Positions 40,501 to 48,898 are shown, numbered from the stretch's first letter. The stretch: 64,000 nt of DNA from Phycisphaerales bacterium UBA2218 (GCA_002327785.1 DCUI01000269.1:7095-71094); one strand, 5' to 3'. Notes: generated by a model from the letters alone, not told the origin. Program-made: numbers and translations.

Positions 40501-40878
40501 ACCGATCAGCGCGGGTTTGATCACGTTCTGGCGGTAGAACATTTCATAGCCGTTCGTCTTGTCCGTGGCATAGAAGAGCCGACCGCCGATCTGGGGCAGG
40601 ATGCACAGCTTGACGTACTCGTTCGCCAAGTACAGGGCCTTGTAGGTCTTCTCCTCGCGGACATCCGTCACGCCATCCAGCATGGGATAAGGATAGATTC
40701 GCTTCTGCGCCCCCTGGTAGGATTCGTTCGTATAGAACCTCGGGTTCACATCCGGCGGGTCCAGCCGGTAGGTCGGCAGCGTCAGCGGCTCTTCCCACAC
40801 TTTCACCGCCGCCGGGGCAGATACAACAAGAATCAGAACGAACAGAAACGACAGCCCCGGGAGTTCTCTCTTTGCCAT
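37525..40878 (-). CDS. Secreted DUF5107-domain protein with a long TPR array
   Basis: Signal peptide. The N-terminal ~330 aa (KVWEEPLTLPTY...GIEWCVFHHHRNTTQMP...YWANVAVH) match my recollection of DUF5107. The rest is TPR-like repeats (AEALYHLGLALRAQGKLDEA, AKAHYYLGNLLYE, and others). Confidence 0.65.
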   Translation of the reverse strand: MAKRELPGLSFLFVLILVVSAPAAVKVWEEPLTLPTYRLDPPDVNPRFYTNESYQGAQKRIYPYPMLDGVTDVREEKTYKALYLANEYVKLCILPQIGGRLFYATDKTNGYEMFYRQNVIKPALIGMLGAWISGGIEWCVFHHHRNTTQMPVDYALASNDDGSKTIWFGETERRHRMKWLIGVTLYPGKSYIEATVKLDNRTAYPHSILYWANVAVHVNDDYRVLFPPSVTAATYHSKNDFAHWPMANERYRGVDYRGVDLSWWENHPEPVSFFAWDLQEDFMGGYDHGKRAGVVHIGDHHVVCGAKLWEWSPGPTGRMWDKILTDADGPYAELMVGAFSDNQPDYSWIKPHEVKAFKQYWYPVRDIGGFKKANTQGAVNLELAADGKARLGFNATARYDKAMAILKAGEQTLLEQTISISPDKPFVTEVTVPAGTRKTDLTAILLTKSGDTLISYQPVDIAYDPNLPATVKPPAAPKDVKTVEELYLTGLRIEQIHNPRVNPFDYYEEALRRDPNDARTNTIVGVTYSRRGVYDEAEEHLRRAVERLSAEYTRPGDTEALYHLGLALRAQGKLDEAYDWFYRASWDYAFRAAAYYQLAELSCRKGQFATALEQIDQSLITNALDSKALDLKAAILTRLGKLKQAMNVLAGVLDKDPLDFLAMNELLLAQRKSGSRRQAETTLQDLETAIRRDLQAYLELATDYMSWGLWDDAIEVLIRAARDKTDLAGSSPLVYYYLGFLHTQKGDVKLAEELYSQAGRMPGDYCFPFRAESAEVLRAAIARNSTDAKAHYYLGNLLYELQPEKAIECWERSLAIDGTFAMAHRNLGWAYYRTKNDVPKAINCYERAVSHNGRDPRLLTELDELYELGNADVEKRLDLMEKHQAVVVKRNDSYLRKIMVLVLAGRYDEAVDALAKQHFHVREGGGEIRDVYVDAHLLRGISRLKADHPKEALADFLAAAEYPENLSVGKPKNDPRAAQFAYYTGCAHEAIGDPVKARLCFVDAVGQQGGFRSPDARFYRALCLKKLDRETEAVADFEELIKTGTERLARGEAADFFAKFGERQTRQVQEASAHYTLGLGYLGKGDLISARSEFEMAAKLNVSHVWAGIQAAELKQK

Positions 40879-41123
40879 AGGTCGCTACTCCTTTCATGCA
40901 GACCCGCCCACAAGTCCAGGCACAGCCACTCACCATCTTAGCAGAATGCCCCTACGGCAACAAGAACCATCGCACCTTTCCAAGGTATCAATCCAGATCC
41001 GGCTATTGCGTTTTCCCTCGCGGGCGTGTAAGCTAACGTACTGAGTCCGTCAATCTTCAGAGAAAGAGGGTATCGGTCCTACTGCCTCTCAAACGAAGAA
41101 GCTGACTGAGATTCAGAGAATCA

Positions 41124-41330
41124 TTGAAGCGCATGACGATGAAATCATCGAAGCATGACAAAGCCGTTTTGGTAAGCGTTGAAAACATAACTTCGTTTGG
41201 TGTCCCGCTTTTCGTACAGGGACGGGAGTGCTTTCTCAGCTACGAGGAGTACCCCCTGCGCTCTGCAACGACTTCTCGCAAAGCGAGTACATCCCGTCGA
41301 CGTGAGGGAACCTTCCTGCAACGACAATGA
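41124..41330 (+). CDS. Small upstream ORF, possibly a decayed DUF2442-like fragment; coding status doubtful
   Basis: 68 codons in an AT-richer region. The stop overlaps the ATG of the DAHP synthase gene (ATGA at 41327-41330). The segment GRECFLSYEEYPLRSAT resembles the GKEYFLPY..YPWF..A core that I recall from DUF2442 proteins. Confidence 0.2.
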   Translation: MKRMTMKSSKHDKAVLVSVENITSFGVPLFVQGRECFLSYEEYPLRSATTSRKASTSRRREGTFLQRQ

Positions 41331-42415
41331 CCGAACAACTGAAGAAACTGAACAAGGATATACTGCCCATTGCACAGTGGTTGCCGCACGACCGTGTTCC
41401 CTGGGTGATCGCGGGACCGTGCAGTGCGGAATCGGCCGAGCAGGTGCTGGCGACCGCCCGGGGGCTGGCGAAATCGCCGCACGTCAAGGCCTTTCGCGCG
41501 GGGATCTGGAAACCGCGGACCCGGCCGAACTCATTCGAGGGCATCGGCGAGGCCGGCCTGGACTGGCTCAGCCGGGTGAAGGCAGAGACCGGCCTACTCA
41601 CCGCCACCGAAGTGGCCAACAAGACCCACGTCGAGCGTTGCCTCGAGCACGGCGTAGATATCCTCTGGATCGGAGCCAGGACTACGGTCAGCCCCTTCGC
41701 AGTCCAGGAGATCGCCGACGCGCTGCGGGGCGCCGATATCCCGGTCCTCGTGAAGAACCCGATCAACGCGGAGTTGGGTCTGTGGGTCGGGGCCATCGAG
41801 CGACTCTACGATGCAGGCATCCGAAAGCTCGGGGCGATCCATCGCGGGTTCTCCACGTATGTCGAGATGCAGTTTCGCAACGATCCAAAGTGGCAGATCC
41901 CCATCGAGCTGAAGCGCCTGCTGCCGGACCTGCCGCTGATTTGCGATCCCAGCCACATCTCGGGCAGCCGGCAGTTCATCGAGCCCCTTTCGCAAATGGC
42001 CCTGGATCTGGGCATTCAGGGGCTCATCATCGAGTCGCACATCGATCCGGACCGCGCCCTGAGCGACGCGAAACAGCAGGTCACGCCGGAAGACCTGTGC
42101 CGGATGCTGGAGAGGCTCAGGGTCCGGGACACTACGATCACGGATCGCGACATCAAGCGTCAGATCGCCCGACTCCGCGCCGAGATCAGCCAGGTCGATG
42201 CCAAAATCATCCAGGATCTCGCCGAACGAATGAAGTGGGTCGAGGAGATCGGTCGGCTCAAGCAGGAGCACAGCATCCCGGTCCTCCAGATCAACCGCTG
42301 GGAGAACCTCCTCGAAGACCACATCGCCAAGGCCCAGAAGACGGGTCTGGACACTGATTTCATCAAGGCCCTCTTCGAGTTGATCCACGCCCAGGCCGTC
42401 AAACGGCAGTTGTAG
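41327..42415 (+). CDS. Bifunctional 3-deoxy-7-phosphoheptulonate (DAHP) synthase type I-beta / chorismate mutase
   Basis: WVIAGPCSAES...FRAGIWKPRTRP...LWIGARTT...ICDPSH (KDO8P/DAHP-I-beta fold), followed by a C-terminal AroQ-type CM segment (IARLRAEISQVDAKIIQDLAERMKWVEEIGRLK). Confidence 0.85.
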   Translation: MTEQLKKLNKDILPIAQWLPHDRVPWVIAGPCSAESAEQVLATARGLAKSPHVKAFRAGIWKPRTRPNSFEGIGEAGLDWLSRVKAETGLLTATEVANKTHVERCLEHGVDILWIGARTTVSPFAVQEIADALRGADIPVLVKNPINAELGLWVGAIERLYDAGIRKLGAIHRGFSTYVEMQFRNDPKWQIPIELKRLLPDLPLICDPSHISGSRQFIEPLSQMALDLGIQGLIIESHIDPDRALSDAKQQVTPEDLCRMLERLRVRDTTITDRDIKRQIARLRAEISQVDAKIIQDLAERMKWVEEIGRLKQEHSIPVLQINRWENLLEDHIAKAQKTGLDTDFIKALFELIHAQAVKRQL

Positions 42416-42562
42416 GGAAGGCTTCTAACCGCAGAGGTCGCCGAGGTCCCAGAGAAGAACAAGAAGGCCTCGTGGAGGGCAGTGACACCGCCTATGTCCT
42501 GAACTGGTTCACCAAACGGGAACTTGCATCGACTGCATCGCGTAGGTATACTCCCCGTCACG

Positions 42563-43395
42563 CCGCTTTCGTGGAATGAGATTCGTCACCGGGCCATCGT
42601 CTTCAGCAGAGAATGGCCTACATCCGCGGTCTCAAGGACAGCGGGCGCGACTGCGAGATTCCCCGCTGGCTGATCGTCTCGGATTTCGCCCGCATCGCCG
42701 TCCACGATCTGGAGCCGGAACAGGATCCCGATGCGCCTCTGTTCAATCGTCTGCCGCCGAGTGTCGAATTCCCCCTGGCCGACCTGCACAGGTATATCCG
42801 CCATTTTGCGTTCATTGCCGGGTATACGCACCACAAGCTCAATGCCGAGGACCCCGCCAACCTCGAAGCCACACAACTCATGTGCAATCTGCACGATGCC
42901 CTGGAAGCGGGCGGCTGTACCGGGCACGAACTCAAGCGATTCCTCGTCCGCATCCTCTTCTGTCTCTTTGCCGAGGACAACGGCATCTTCCCCCGGAAAG
43001 CCTTTGAGTTGTTTCTTCGCGACCGCACCGCCGCGGACGGCTCCGATCTCGGCGTCCGCCTTGAACAGCTCTTTCGCGTCCTCAACACCGACATGCGCAA
43101 TCGACTGCTCGCCTATTGCGGCTTCTACTGGGAGACGATCTCTCCCGCCGTGTTCGGTTCGCTCTTCCAAGCCGTCATAGACAGCAAGGAGCGCCGGCAG
43201 ATCGGCGCGCACTACACGGCGGAAAAGAACATCCTCAAGCTCATCCGTTCGCTGTTCCTTGACGAGCTCTACGGTATTGAGATCGAAGAATTCCCGGCGC
43301 GCATCGCGGAAGTCGCCCTGTGGCTGACCAACCATCAGGCCAACGTCGCCCTTTCACAGGAGTTCGGCCAATTCTATCAACGCATGCCCCTGCGT
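42563..43395 (+). pseudogene. Eroded remnant of an MmeI-family (type IIL/IIG) restriction-modification enzyme
   Basis: Frame 2 reads PLSWNEIRHRAIVFSREW, the canonical N-terminus of the family. It then jumps to frame 1 at about 42613, reading GLKDSGRDCEIPRWLIVSDFARIAVHDLE...FAFIAGY...ISPAVFGSLFQAVIDSKERRQIGAHYTAEKNILKLIRSLFLDEL. That is fused directly to YGIEIEEFPARIAEVALWLTNHQAN. The SAM motif I, the NPPF motif, the TRD and most of the nuclease N-domain are missing. Confidence 0.6.
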
Positions 43396-43446
43396 TCGTC
43401 GCCTTCACTCCGGCCTACAGCCTCCTGCCTCCGGCCCAGAGCAAGA

Positions 43447-43517
43447 ATCCGTGCCGATCCGCGTAGATCCGTGTCTTCAGAGGATCTTCCAGCGTCCATC
43501 GGCGTTCATCTGCGGTT
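43447..43517. repeat. Degenerate ATC-initiated decamer repeats
   Basis: ATCCGTGCCG ATCCGCGTAG ATCCGTGTCT (43447-43476), then ATCGGCGTTC ATCTGCGGTT (43498-43517). Confidence 0.5.
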
Positions 43518-44000
43518 GCATTTCACCGTGCGGCAGAAACACGGGTTGTCGCCCCTTCGGAATGTTCTGTTACCTCACCCCTGCCCCGTGCCTTTTATGA
43601 ATAGAGAGCGCTCTCGAGGAGCCCGACCGTCCAGCCCGGATGGCGGGCACAACACGGGTTCATGGAAAGAATGAGGTGAGTTATGGGAGTGCTGAGAAAA
43701 CTGTGGCGGTGGTGGCAAGCCTTATGGGACCTGGATTTCTCCGCATCCATGGAGGTCGATTCCCATCAGTGGGACAACAAGGCGGAGATTCTCCGGCGTT
43801 TGTCCCGCAACGGGTGCTGATCCAAGAGAGGGCAAAAGCCGGAGCCATGGGGCTCCGGCTGAGACCACTCCATCCTTGGCTCGGCATGAGCGACTCATCT
43901 TGACGCTCACCCTTGCCGGCTTTCAGAACCCCCCACGCGGTCCTTCGCATGCGGGCTCCCCCCAGGCAGCCCGCATGAATCATGCCAAACCCACGTCACC

Positions 44001-44618
44001 TCAGTTGGCCGTTTCACAAAGCAGGGACTCATTCCAGTCTTCCGCGAAGCGCCCTACGGCGGTGTGGAGCCGGCTCTTGACCGTCCCCACGGGAATCCGG
44101 AGCATCCCGGCAATCTCCGCATAGGAGAACTTGTGAAAATAGGCCAGGATCAGGATCTCGCGAAGCTTCACCGGCATACGCGAAATAACCCTTTTCACCG
44201 ACGTCGCCGTCTCATCCCTGACCAGTTCGTCGTAGGGCATCCGGGTATCGTAATCCAGCGTGTTCAGCACATCGTCAATGGAGTGTTCCTCACTGTCGAA
44301 CATGCTCCCGAGATTGGCTGAATCCACCCGTTGCATACGACGCAAGGCATCCTTCGCCTTGTTTGCAGCGATCGTGAACAGCCAGGGTCGCAGCGGCCGA
44401 GACAGATCGAAAGAGTCCCGGCTGACATACAACTGCATGAATGTTTCCTGGAAGACATCGTCGACCATATCGGACTGGTTCAGGAATCTCCTCAGGAATG
44501 CGTATAGACTGTCCTTGTACTGTCTCACGAGCTCTTGGAAGGCATCTTCCTCGCCCGCCGCGTAGCGTTTCATAAGTTCCATATCATTCATTTGTATCCC
44601 CTTCCAAAAAATAGACAA
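44001..44618 (-). CDS. ECF-type RNA polymerase sigma-70 family factor
   Basis: Region 2 (DVFQETFMQLY...RPWLFTIAANKAKD) and region 4 (LREILILAYFHKFSYAEIAGMLRIPVGTVKSRLH). The likely real start is MNDMELMKRY at 44591. No anti-sigma gene is recognisable downstream. Confidence 0.85.
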   Translation of the reverse strand: MSIFWKGIQMNDMELMKRYAAGEEDAFQELVRQYKDSLYAFLRRFLNQSDMVDDVFQETFMQLYVSRDSFDLSRPLRPWLFTIAANKAKDALRRMQRVDSANLGSMFDSEEHSIDDVLNTLDYDTRMPYDELVRDETATSVKRVISRMPVKLREILILAYFHKFSYAEIAGMLRIPVGTVKSRLHTAVGRFAEDWNESLLCETAN

Positions 44619-44838
44619 ATCACATGCGTAATGGTATCAGAGACCAGGAACCGGTAAATCGGGCATTGGCTGCTTCTCGTATCCGGCTCGACACTGCTTT
44701 TCGCATCGGGGAATCCCCTATAATCCGCCGGCATTACCCTGATATGCCCCCATGTGTCACAAGAGGCCCGATCCAGGGACCCCGCCCGACTCTGCGAGAG
44801 GTAGTCGCGCCACACTATCCGGTTTCGTCGCTTTTCCC

Positions 44839-44867
44839 TTGACCTGAAACGGCCGATTTCGTTTAAT
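44839..44867 (+). promoter_or_regulatory. Candidate sigma70 promoter of the hom operon
   Basis: TTGACC (44839-44844), 17-nt spacer, TTTAAT (44862-44867). This leaves a GC-rich leader of roughly 130 nt before GTG 45002. Confidence 0.35.
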
Positions 44868-45001
44868 TAAGAGCTATTTGCGGCATCGCCGGACCGGCCC
44901 CAATGCACCGGACGCCGGGGGACTTTCGTTCCTTTGGGCCGCCCGGTCCACGGTCCCAGTTGGAGCCCGGCAGGATCGTGATGCACTCGACAGAAGGATA
45001 G

Positions 45002-46336
45002 GTGACGACAGTGGAAGAAAAGCGTGTACGAATTGGATTGGTCGGGTTCGGTGTCGTCGGCACCGGCGTGGCCAGGCTGATCCTCGAAGAGGCGGACTCG
45101 ATCGCCGCGAAGATGGGGGTGCGGCCGGAATTGGCTTGCGTCGTGGACATGGATACGGAAAGGCCGCGACCCGTGCAATTGCCGCCGGGGTTGCTCACCA
45201 ACGACCTGAACCGGCTGCTCAACGACCCAACCATCCCCATCGGCATCGAACTCGTCGGCGGCACGGGCGCCGCCAAGGATATCCAGATCAAGATGCTCCG
45301 GGCGGGCAAGGACGTGGTCACGGCCAACAAGGCCCTGCTGGCCAAGCACGGGGCCCAGCTATACCAGGTGGCCCGCGAAACCGGCCGATGCATCGCCTTC
45401 GAGGCCAGTTGCGTCGGGGGCGTCCCGATCATCGGCGCCATCCGCATGGGCCTGTCGGCCAACCAGATCGGCGCCATGTACGGGATCGTCAACGGCACGT
45501 GCAATTACATCCTGTCCAGCATGAGCTCCCAGGACGAGAAGTTCTCCCAGGCCCTGGCCAAGGCCCAGAAACGCGGGTTCGCCGAGGCCGACCCGACCCT
45601 CGACATCTCCGGCGGCGACAGCGCCCACAAACTGGCCATCCTGGCCTCCATCGCCTTCGGCTGCGAGATTACGCTGGACGACATCTTCGTCGAGGGGATC
45701 GAAGCGATTTCCAGGGAAGACCTGCGGTACGGCCGGGAGATGGGCTATTGCCTGAAGCTGCTGGCCATTGCGCAGAAGACCAGTCGGGGCCGGATCTCGC
45801 TGCGGGTCCATCCCTCGTTCATCGCAGCCAACACCGCACTGGCGAGAGTAGATGGCTCCTTCAATGCGATCAGCATCTTCGGCAGCGCGGTCGGCGAGAC
45901 CCTCTTCTACGGCCGAGGGGCCGGCATGATGCCAACGGCCAGCGCCGTCCTCGCAGACATCATCGACGTCGCCTTGGGCAACTCCAAGACCATATTCAAC
46001 CACCTGCGGTTGCGGCCTCGCAGCGAAACCCAGGCGCTCATCGAGCCGATTGACGATGTGGTCACCCGGTTCTATATCCGGGTCATGGCCAAGGACAATC
46101 CGGGCGTGGTGGCCCGCTACGGCGGCATTCTGGGCGACCACAACATCAGCATCTCCGGGGCCCTGCAACATGAGGGGACCGGGCCCGGCAACACCGTGCC
46201 GGTCGTGATCACGACCCATCGGACGCAGGAAAAGAACATGGCCGCGGCCTTGGCGGAGCTGGCGAAGCTCGATATCATCAGCGGCAAGCCGGTGTGCGTG
46301 CGGATCGTGGACATCCCGCAGGATAAGGATACATGA
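45002..46336 (+). CDS. hom: Homoserine dehydrogenase
   Basis: IGLVGFGVVGTGV Rossmann motif. The central catalytic domain reads ANKALLA...FEASVGGGVPII-like as FEASCVGGVPIIG. C-terminal ACT domain (RFYIRVMAKDNPGVVA). Confidence 0.9.
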   Translation: MTTVEEKRVRIGLVGFGVVGTGVARLILEEADSIAAKMGVRPELACVVDMDTERPRPVQLPPGLLTNDLNRLLNDPTIPIGIELVGGTGAAKDIQIKMLRAGKDVVTANKALLAKHGAQLYQVARETGRCIAFEASCVGGVPIIGAIRMGLSANQIGAMYGIVNGTCNYILSSMSSQDEKFSQALAKAQKRGFAEADPTLDISGGDSAHKLAILASIAFGCEITLDDIFVEGIEAISREDLRYGREMGYCLKLLAIAQKTSRGRISLRVHPSFIAANTALARVDGSFNAISIFGSAVGETLFYGRGAGMMPTASAVLADIIDVALGNSKTIFNHLRLRPRSETQALIEPIDDVVTRFYIRVMAKDNPGVVARYGGILGDHNISISGALQHEGTGPGNTVPVVITTHRTQEKNMAAALAELAKLDIISGKPVCVRIVDIPQDKDT

Positions 46337-47520
46337 CGAAATATGTGATCATCGTGCCGGACGGCGCGGCGGATGAGCCTCTGGAGGTATTCGAGGGCAA
46401 GACGCCGCTCGAGGCGGCCCAGACTCCCAACATGGACCGGATCAGCATCGAGGGCCGCCAGGGCCTCGTGCGGACTGTTCCCGAGGGCCTCGATCCGGGC
46501 AGCGACGTCGCCCAGATGAGCCTGCTGGGATACGACCCGCTCCACTACTACACGGGGCGGGCCCCGATCGAGGCCGCCGCCCGCAGCATTCGACTGGGCC
46601 TGGACGACTGGGTGTTCCGCTGCAACCTCATCACCATCGCCGACGGCATGATGGCCGATCACAGCGCCGGACACATCTCCACGGAAGAAGGCAGCAGCCT
46701 GATCCTGGAGCTGCAAGAGCATATCAACGATGAGCGCATCGCGCTCCATACGGGCGTCAGCTACCGGCACCTGCTCGTCTTCAAGGGTATGGATTTCGAC
46801 GTGCGCACCTATCCGCCGCACGATCATATCGGCAAGCCGGTCGAGAAGCTCTTGCCCCGGGGCAAGGGGGCGGACCTGTTGATCCAACTGATGAACCAGT
46901 CACAACAGTTGTTCGCCGGCCACGAAATCAACAAGGTCCGGCAGGATCTCGGCGAGAACCAGGTCAGCTCGATCTGGCTGTGGGGCCAGGGCAAGCAGGC
47001 CCGCTTGGACAGCTTCCGCAAGCGCTACGGACTGAAAGGGGCGGCGATCACCGCCGTGGACCTGGTTCGGGGACTCGCCAAGCTCGTCGGGTTCGATCTG
47101 ATCACGGTGCCTGGCGCCACGGGATTCCTCGATACGAACTACGAGGGCAAAGGGCTGGCCGCCGCAAAGGCACTCGAAGAGTACGACCTGGTTTTCGTAC
47201 ACATCGAGGCCCCCGATGAAGCGGGCCATGAAGGCAACGCCGAGGCGAAAAAACAGGCCATCGAGCAGGTGGACAAGCACGTCGTGGGCCCGGTACTCGA
47301 TGCGCTCCAGCGGTATGAAAGCTGGCGGGTCCTGCTGCTGCCGGACCATCCGACGCCGGTCAAGAGCGGCGCCCACTCGGCCGCCGCCGTGCCGTTCGCC
47401 ATGGCGGGAACCGGGACCGCGGGAATCCTGCACGCGGGATTTGGCGAGAGCAACGCGGCGAAAGCCGGGCTTCGCATCGAGAAGGGATGCGAGCTGATGG
47501 AGTACTTCCTCAAGAGTTGA
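46333..47520 (+). CDS. Cofactor-independent phosphoglycerate mutase-like metalloenzyme (archaeal iPGM / proposed homoserine kinase family)
   Basis: YVIIVPDGAAD...TPNMD...GSDVAQMSLLGYDP...HIEAPDEAGHEG...LPDHPTP. The ATG overlaps the hom stop (ATGA). Confidence 0.75.
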   Translation: MTKYVIIVPDGAADEPLEVFEGKTPLEAAQTPNMDRISIEGRQGLVRTVPEGLDPGSDVAQMSLLGYDPLHYYTGRAPIEAAARSIRLGLDDWVFRCNLITIADGMMADHSAGHISTEEGSSLILELQEHINDERIALHTGVSYRHLLVFKGMDFDVRTYPPHDHIGKPVEKLLPRGKGADLLIQLMNQSQQLFAGHEINKVRQDLGENQVSSIWLWGQGKQARLDSFRKRYGLKGAAITAVDLVRGLAKLVGFDLITVPGATGFLDTNYEGKGLAAAKALEEYDLVFVHIEAPDEAGHEGNAEAKKQAIEQVDKHVVGPVLDALQRYESWRVLLLPDHPTPVKSGAHSAAAVPFAMAGTGTAGILHAGFGESNAAKAGLRIEKGCELMEYFLKS

Positions 47521-47526
47521 AAGTGG

Positions 47527-47568
47527 CACGGACATCCTGGCCGTGTTCTCATGGGCAAGATGCCCATG
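47527..47568 (+). repeat. REP-like double hairpin, copy 2
   Basis: CACGGACATCCTGGCCGTG-TTCT-CATGGGCAAGATGCCCATG, starting 7 nt after the stop at 47520. It shares the AAAGTGGCACGG lead-in with copy 1. Confidence 0.7.
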
Positions 47569-47640
47569 CTACGCAGACGCGATTGACGACCGGTCTCGCG
47601 GCCGGTAGACTTCTCGGTTTTTAAGGGTGACAGAACAACT

Positions 47641-48882
47641 ATGGCAATCATCGTTCAGAAATTCGGCGGCTCCTCCGTGGCAAACACGGAAAAGATCCGC
47701 CGGGCAGCCAAACAGGTCATCGAAAGGATGCAGGCCGGCTACCAGGTTTGCGTAGTCGCTTCGGCTCGCGGCCGGCAGATTGAAGAGTTGCTGCGGGATG
47801 CACGGGAGCTCAACCCCAATCCGCCGAAACGGGAGATGGATCAGCTCCTGAGCACGGGCGAGCAACAGACCGTCTCCCTGCTGGCCATGGCCCTTGAAGC
47901 GATGGGTCAGAAGGCCATCAGCTTCACCGGCACGCAGATTCACATGCTGACCGACGGCGTCTACAGCAACGCGCAGATCAAGAGCGTCGATTCCGAGTTC
48001 ATCCGGCACGAGCTGAACGAGGGACGGGTCGTCATCGTCGCCGGCTACCAGGGCGTCGACGAACATGGGAACATCACCTCCCTCGGACGAGGCGGATCGG
48101 ACACCAGCGCGGTGGCCCTGGCCGCGGCCTTGAAGGCCGAGGAGTGCGAGATCTTCGCCGACGTGGACGGCGTCTACACGACGGATCCGCAGGTCTTCCC
48201 GAAGGCCGCCCTGCTCGATGAAATCAGCTACGATGAAATGATCGAGATGGCCAGCCTGGGGACCGGCGCGATGCACATCCGGTCCGTGGCCATCGGCAAG
48301 CGATACAACGTTCGGATTCGGATCAGAAACAGTGAGAGCAACAATCCGGGAACCATCATCACTCATGAGGTGCCGCAGATGGAAGGTATATTGGTGTCGG
48401 GTGCGACGATTCAACGAGATATGGCGAAGATCGGCATTGCGGGCATACCGAATGTTCCCGGGACGGCCGCAAGGATATTTGCCCGGCTGGCCGAGGCCAA
48501 GGTCGTCGTCGACGACATCATCCAGACCGAGATCAGCCACGAGAAAGCAAATCTGTCCTTCATGGTCAGGAATTCCGACGTTCAGACCGCCCAAAAGGTG
48601 GCAAACGAGCTGAAGGCGGAGTTGCCGTGTGACAGCGTTTTCGTTCGCGACGACATCGCCCTGATTTCCGCCATTGGCGTGGGTATGCGGTCGCAATACG
48701 GCGTGGCCGAGAAGATGTTCGGGGCCCTCGCCAAGGCCAAGGTGAACATCGACTCGATCACCACGAGCGAGATCCGGATCAGTTGCGCCGTGGGCCGGCC
48801 CGACGTCGAGCGGGCCCTCGAAGCGGTGTGCCTCGCATTCGAGTTGGACCGGCCCGCCAGGCAGCGGACCAAGAAGCGTTGA
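47641..48882 (+). CDS. lysC: Aspartate kinase
   Basis: MAIIVQKFGGSSV, GGSDTSAVALAAAL, and two C-terminal ACT domains. Confidence 0.9.
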   Translation: MAIIVQKFGGSSVANTEKIRRAAKQVIERMQAGYQVCVVASARGRQIEELLRDARELNPNPPKREMDQLLSTGEQQTVSLLAMALEAMGQKAISFTGTQIHMLTDGVYSNAQIKSVDSEFIRHELNEGRVVIVAGYQGVDEHGNITSLGRGGSDTSAVALAAALKAEECEIFADVDGVYTTDPQVFPKAALLDEISYDEMIEMASLGTGAMHIRSVAIGKRYNVRIRIRNSESNNPGTIITHEVPQMEGILVSGATIQRDMAKIGIAGIPNVPGTAARIFARLAEAKVVVDDIIQTEISHEKANLSFMVRNSDVQTAQKVANELKAELPCDSVFVRDDIALISAIGVGMRSQYGVAEKMFGALAKAKVNIDSITTSEIRISCAVGRPDVERALEAVCLAFELDRPARQRTKKR

Positions 48883-48898
48883 GTGGGAATACACGGAA

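Noticed and set aside
43683-43820. 45-codon ORF (MGVLRKLWRWWQALWDLDFSASMEVDSHQWDNKAEILRRLSRNGC) preceded by GAGGTGAG.
   Set aside because: It has a good SD-like sequence but no homology signal that I recognise. It lies in a decayed region next to a pseudogene, and I have no supporting evidence that it is coding.
43681-43983. 100-aa minus-strand ORF directly downstream of the ECF sigma gene, considered as a candidate anti-sigma factor.
   Set aside because: It has no zf-HC2-like CxxC/HxxxC motif and no TM segment. Its composition is Gly/Arg/Pro-rich and typical of a non-coding frame.
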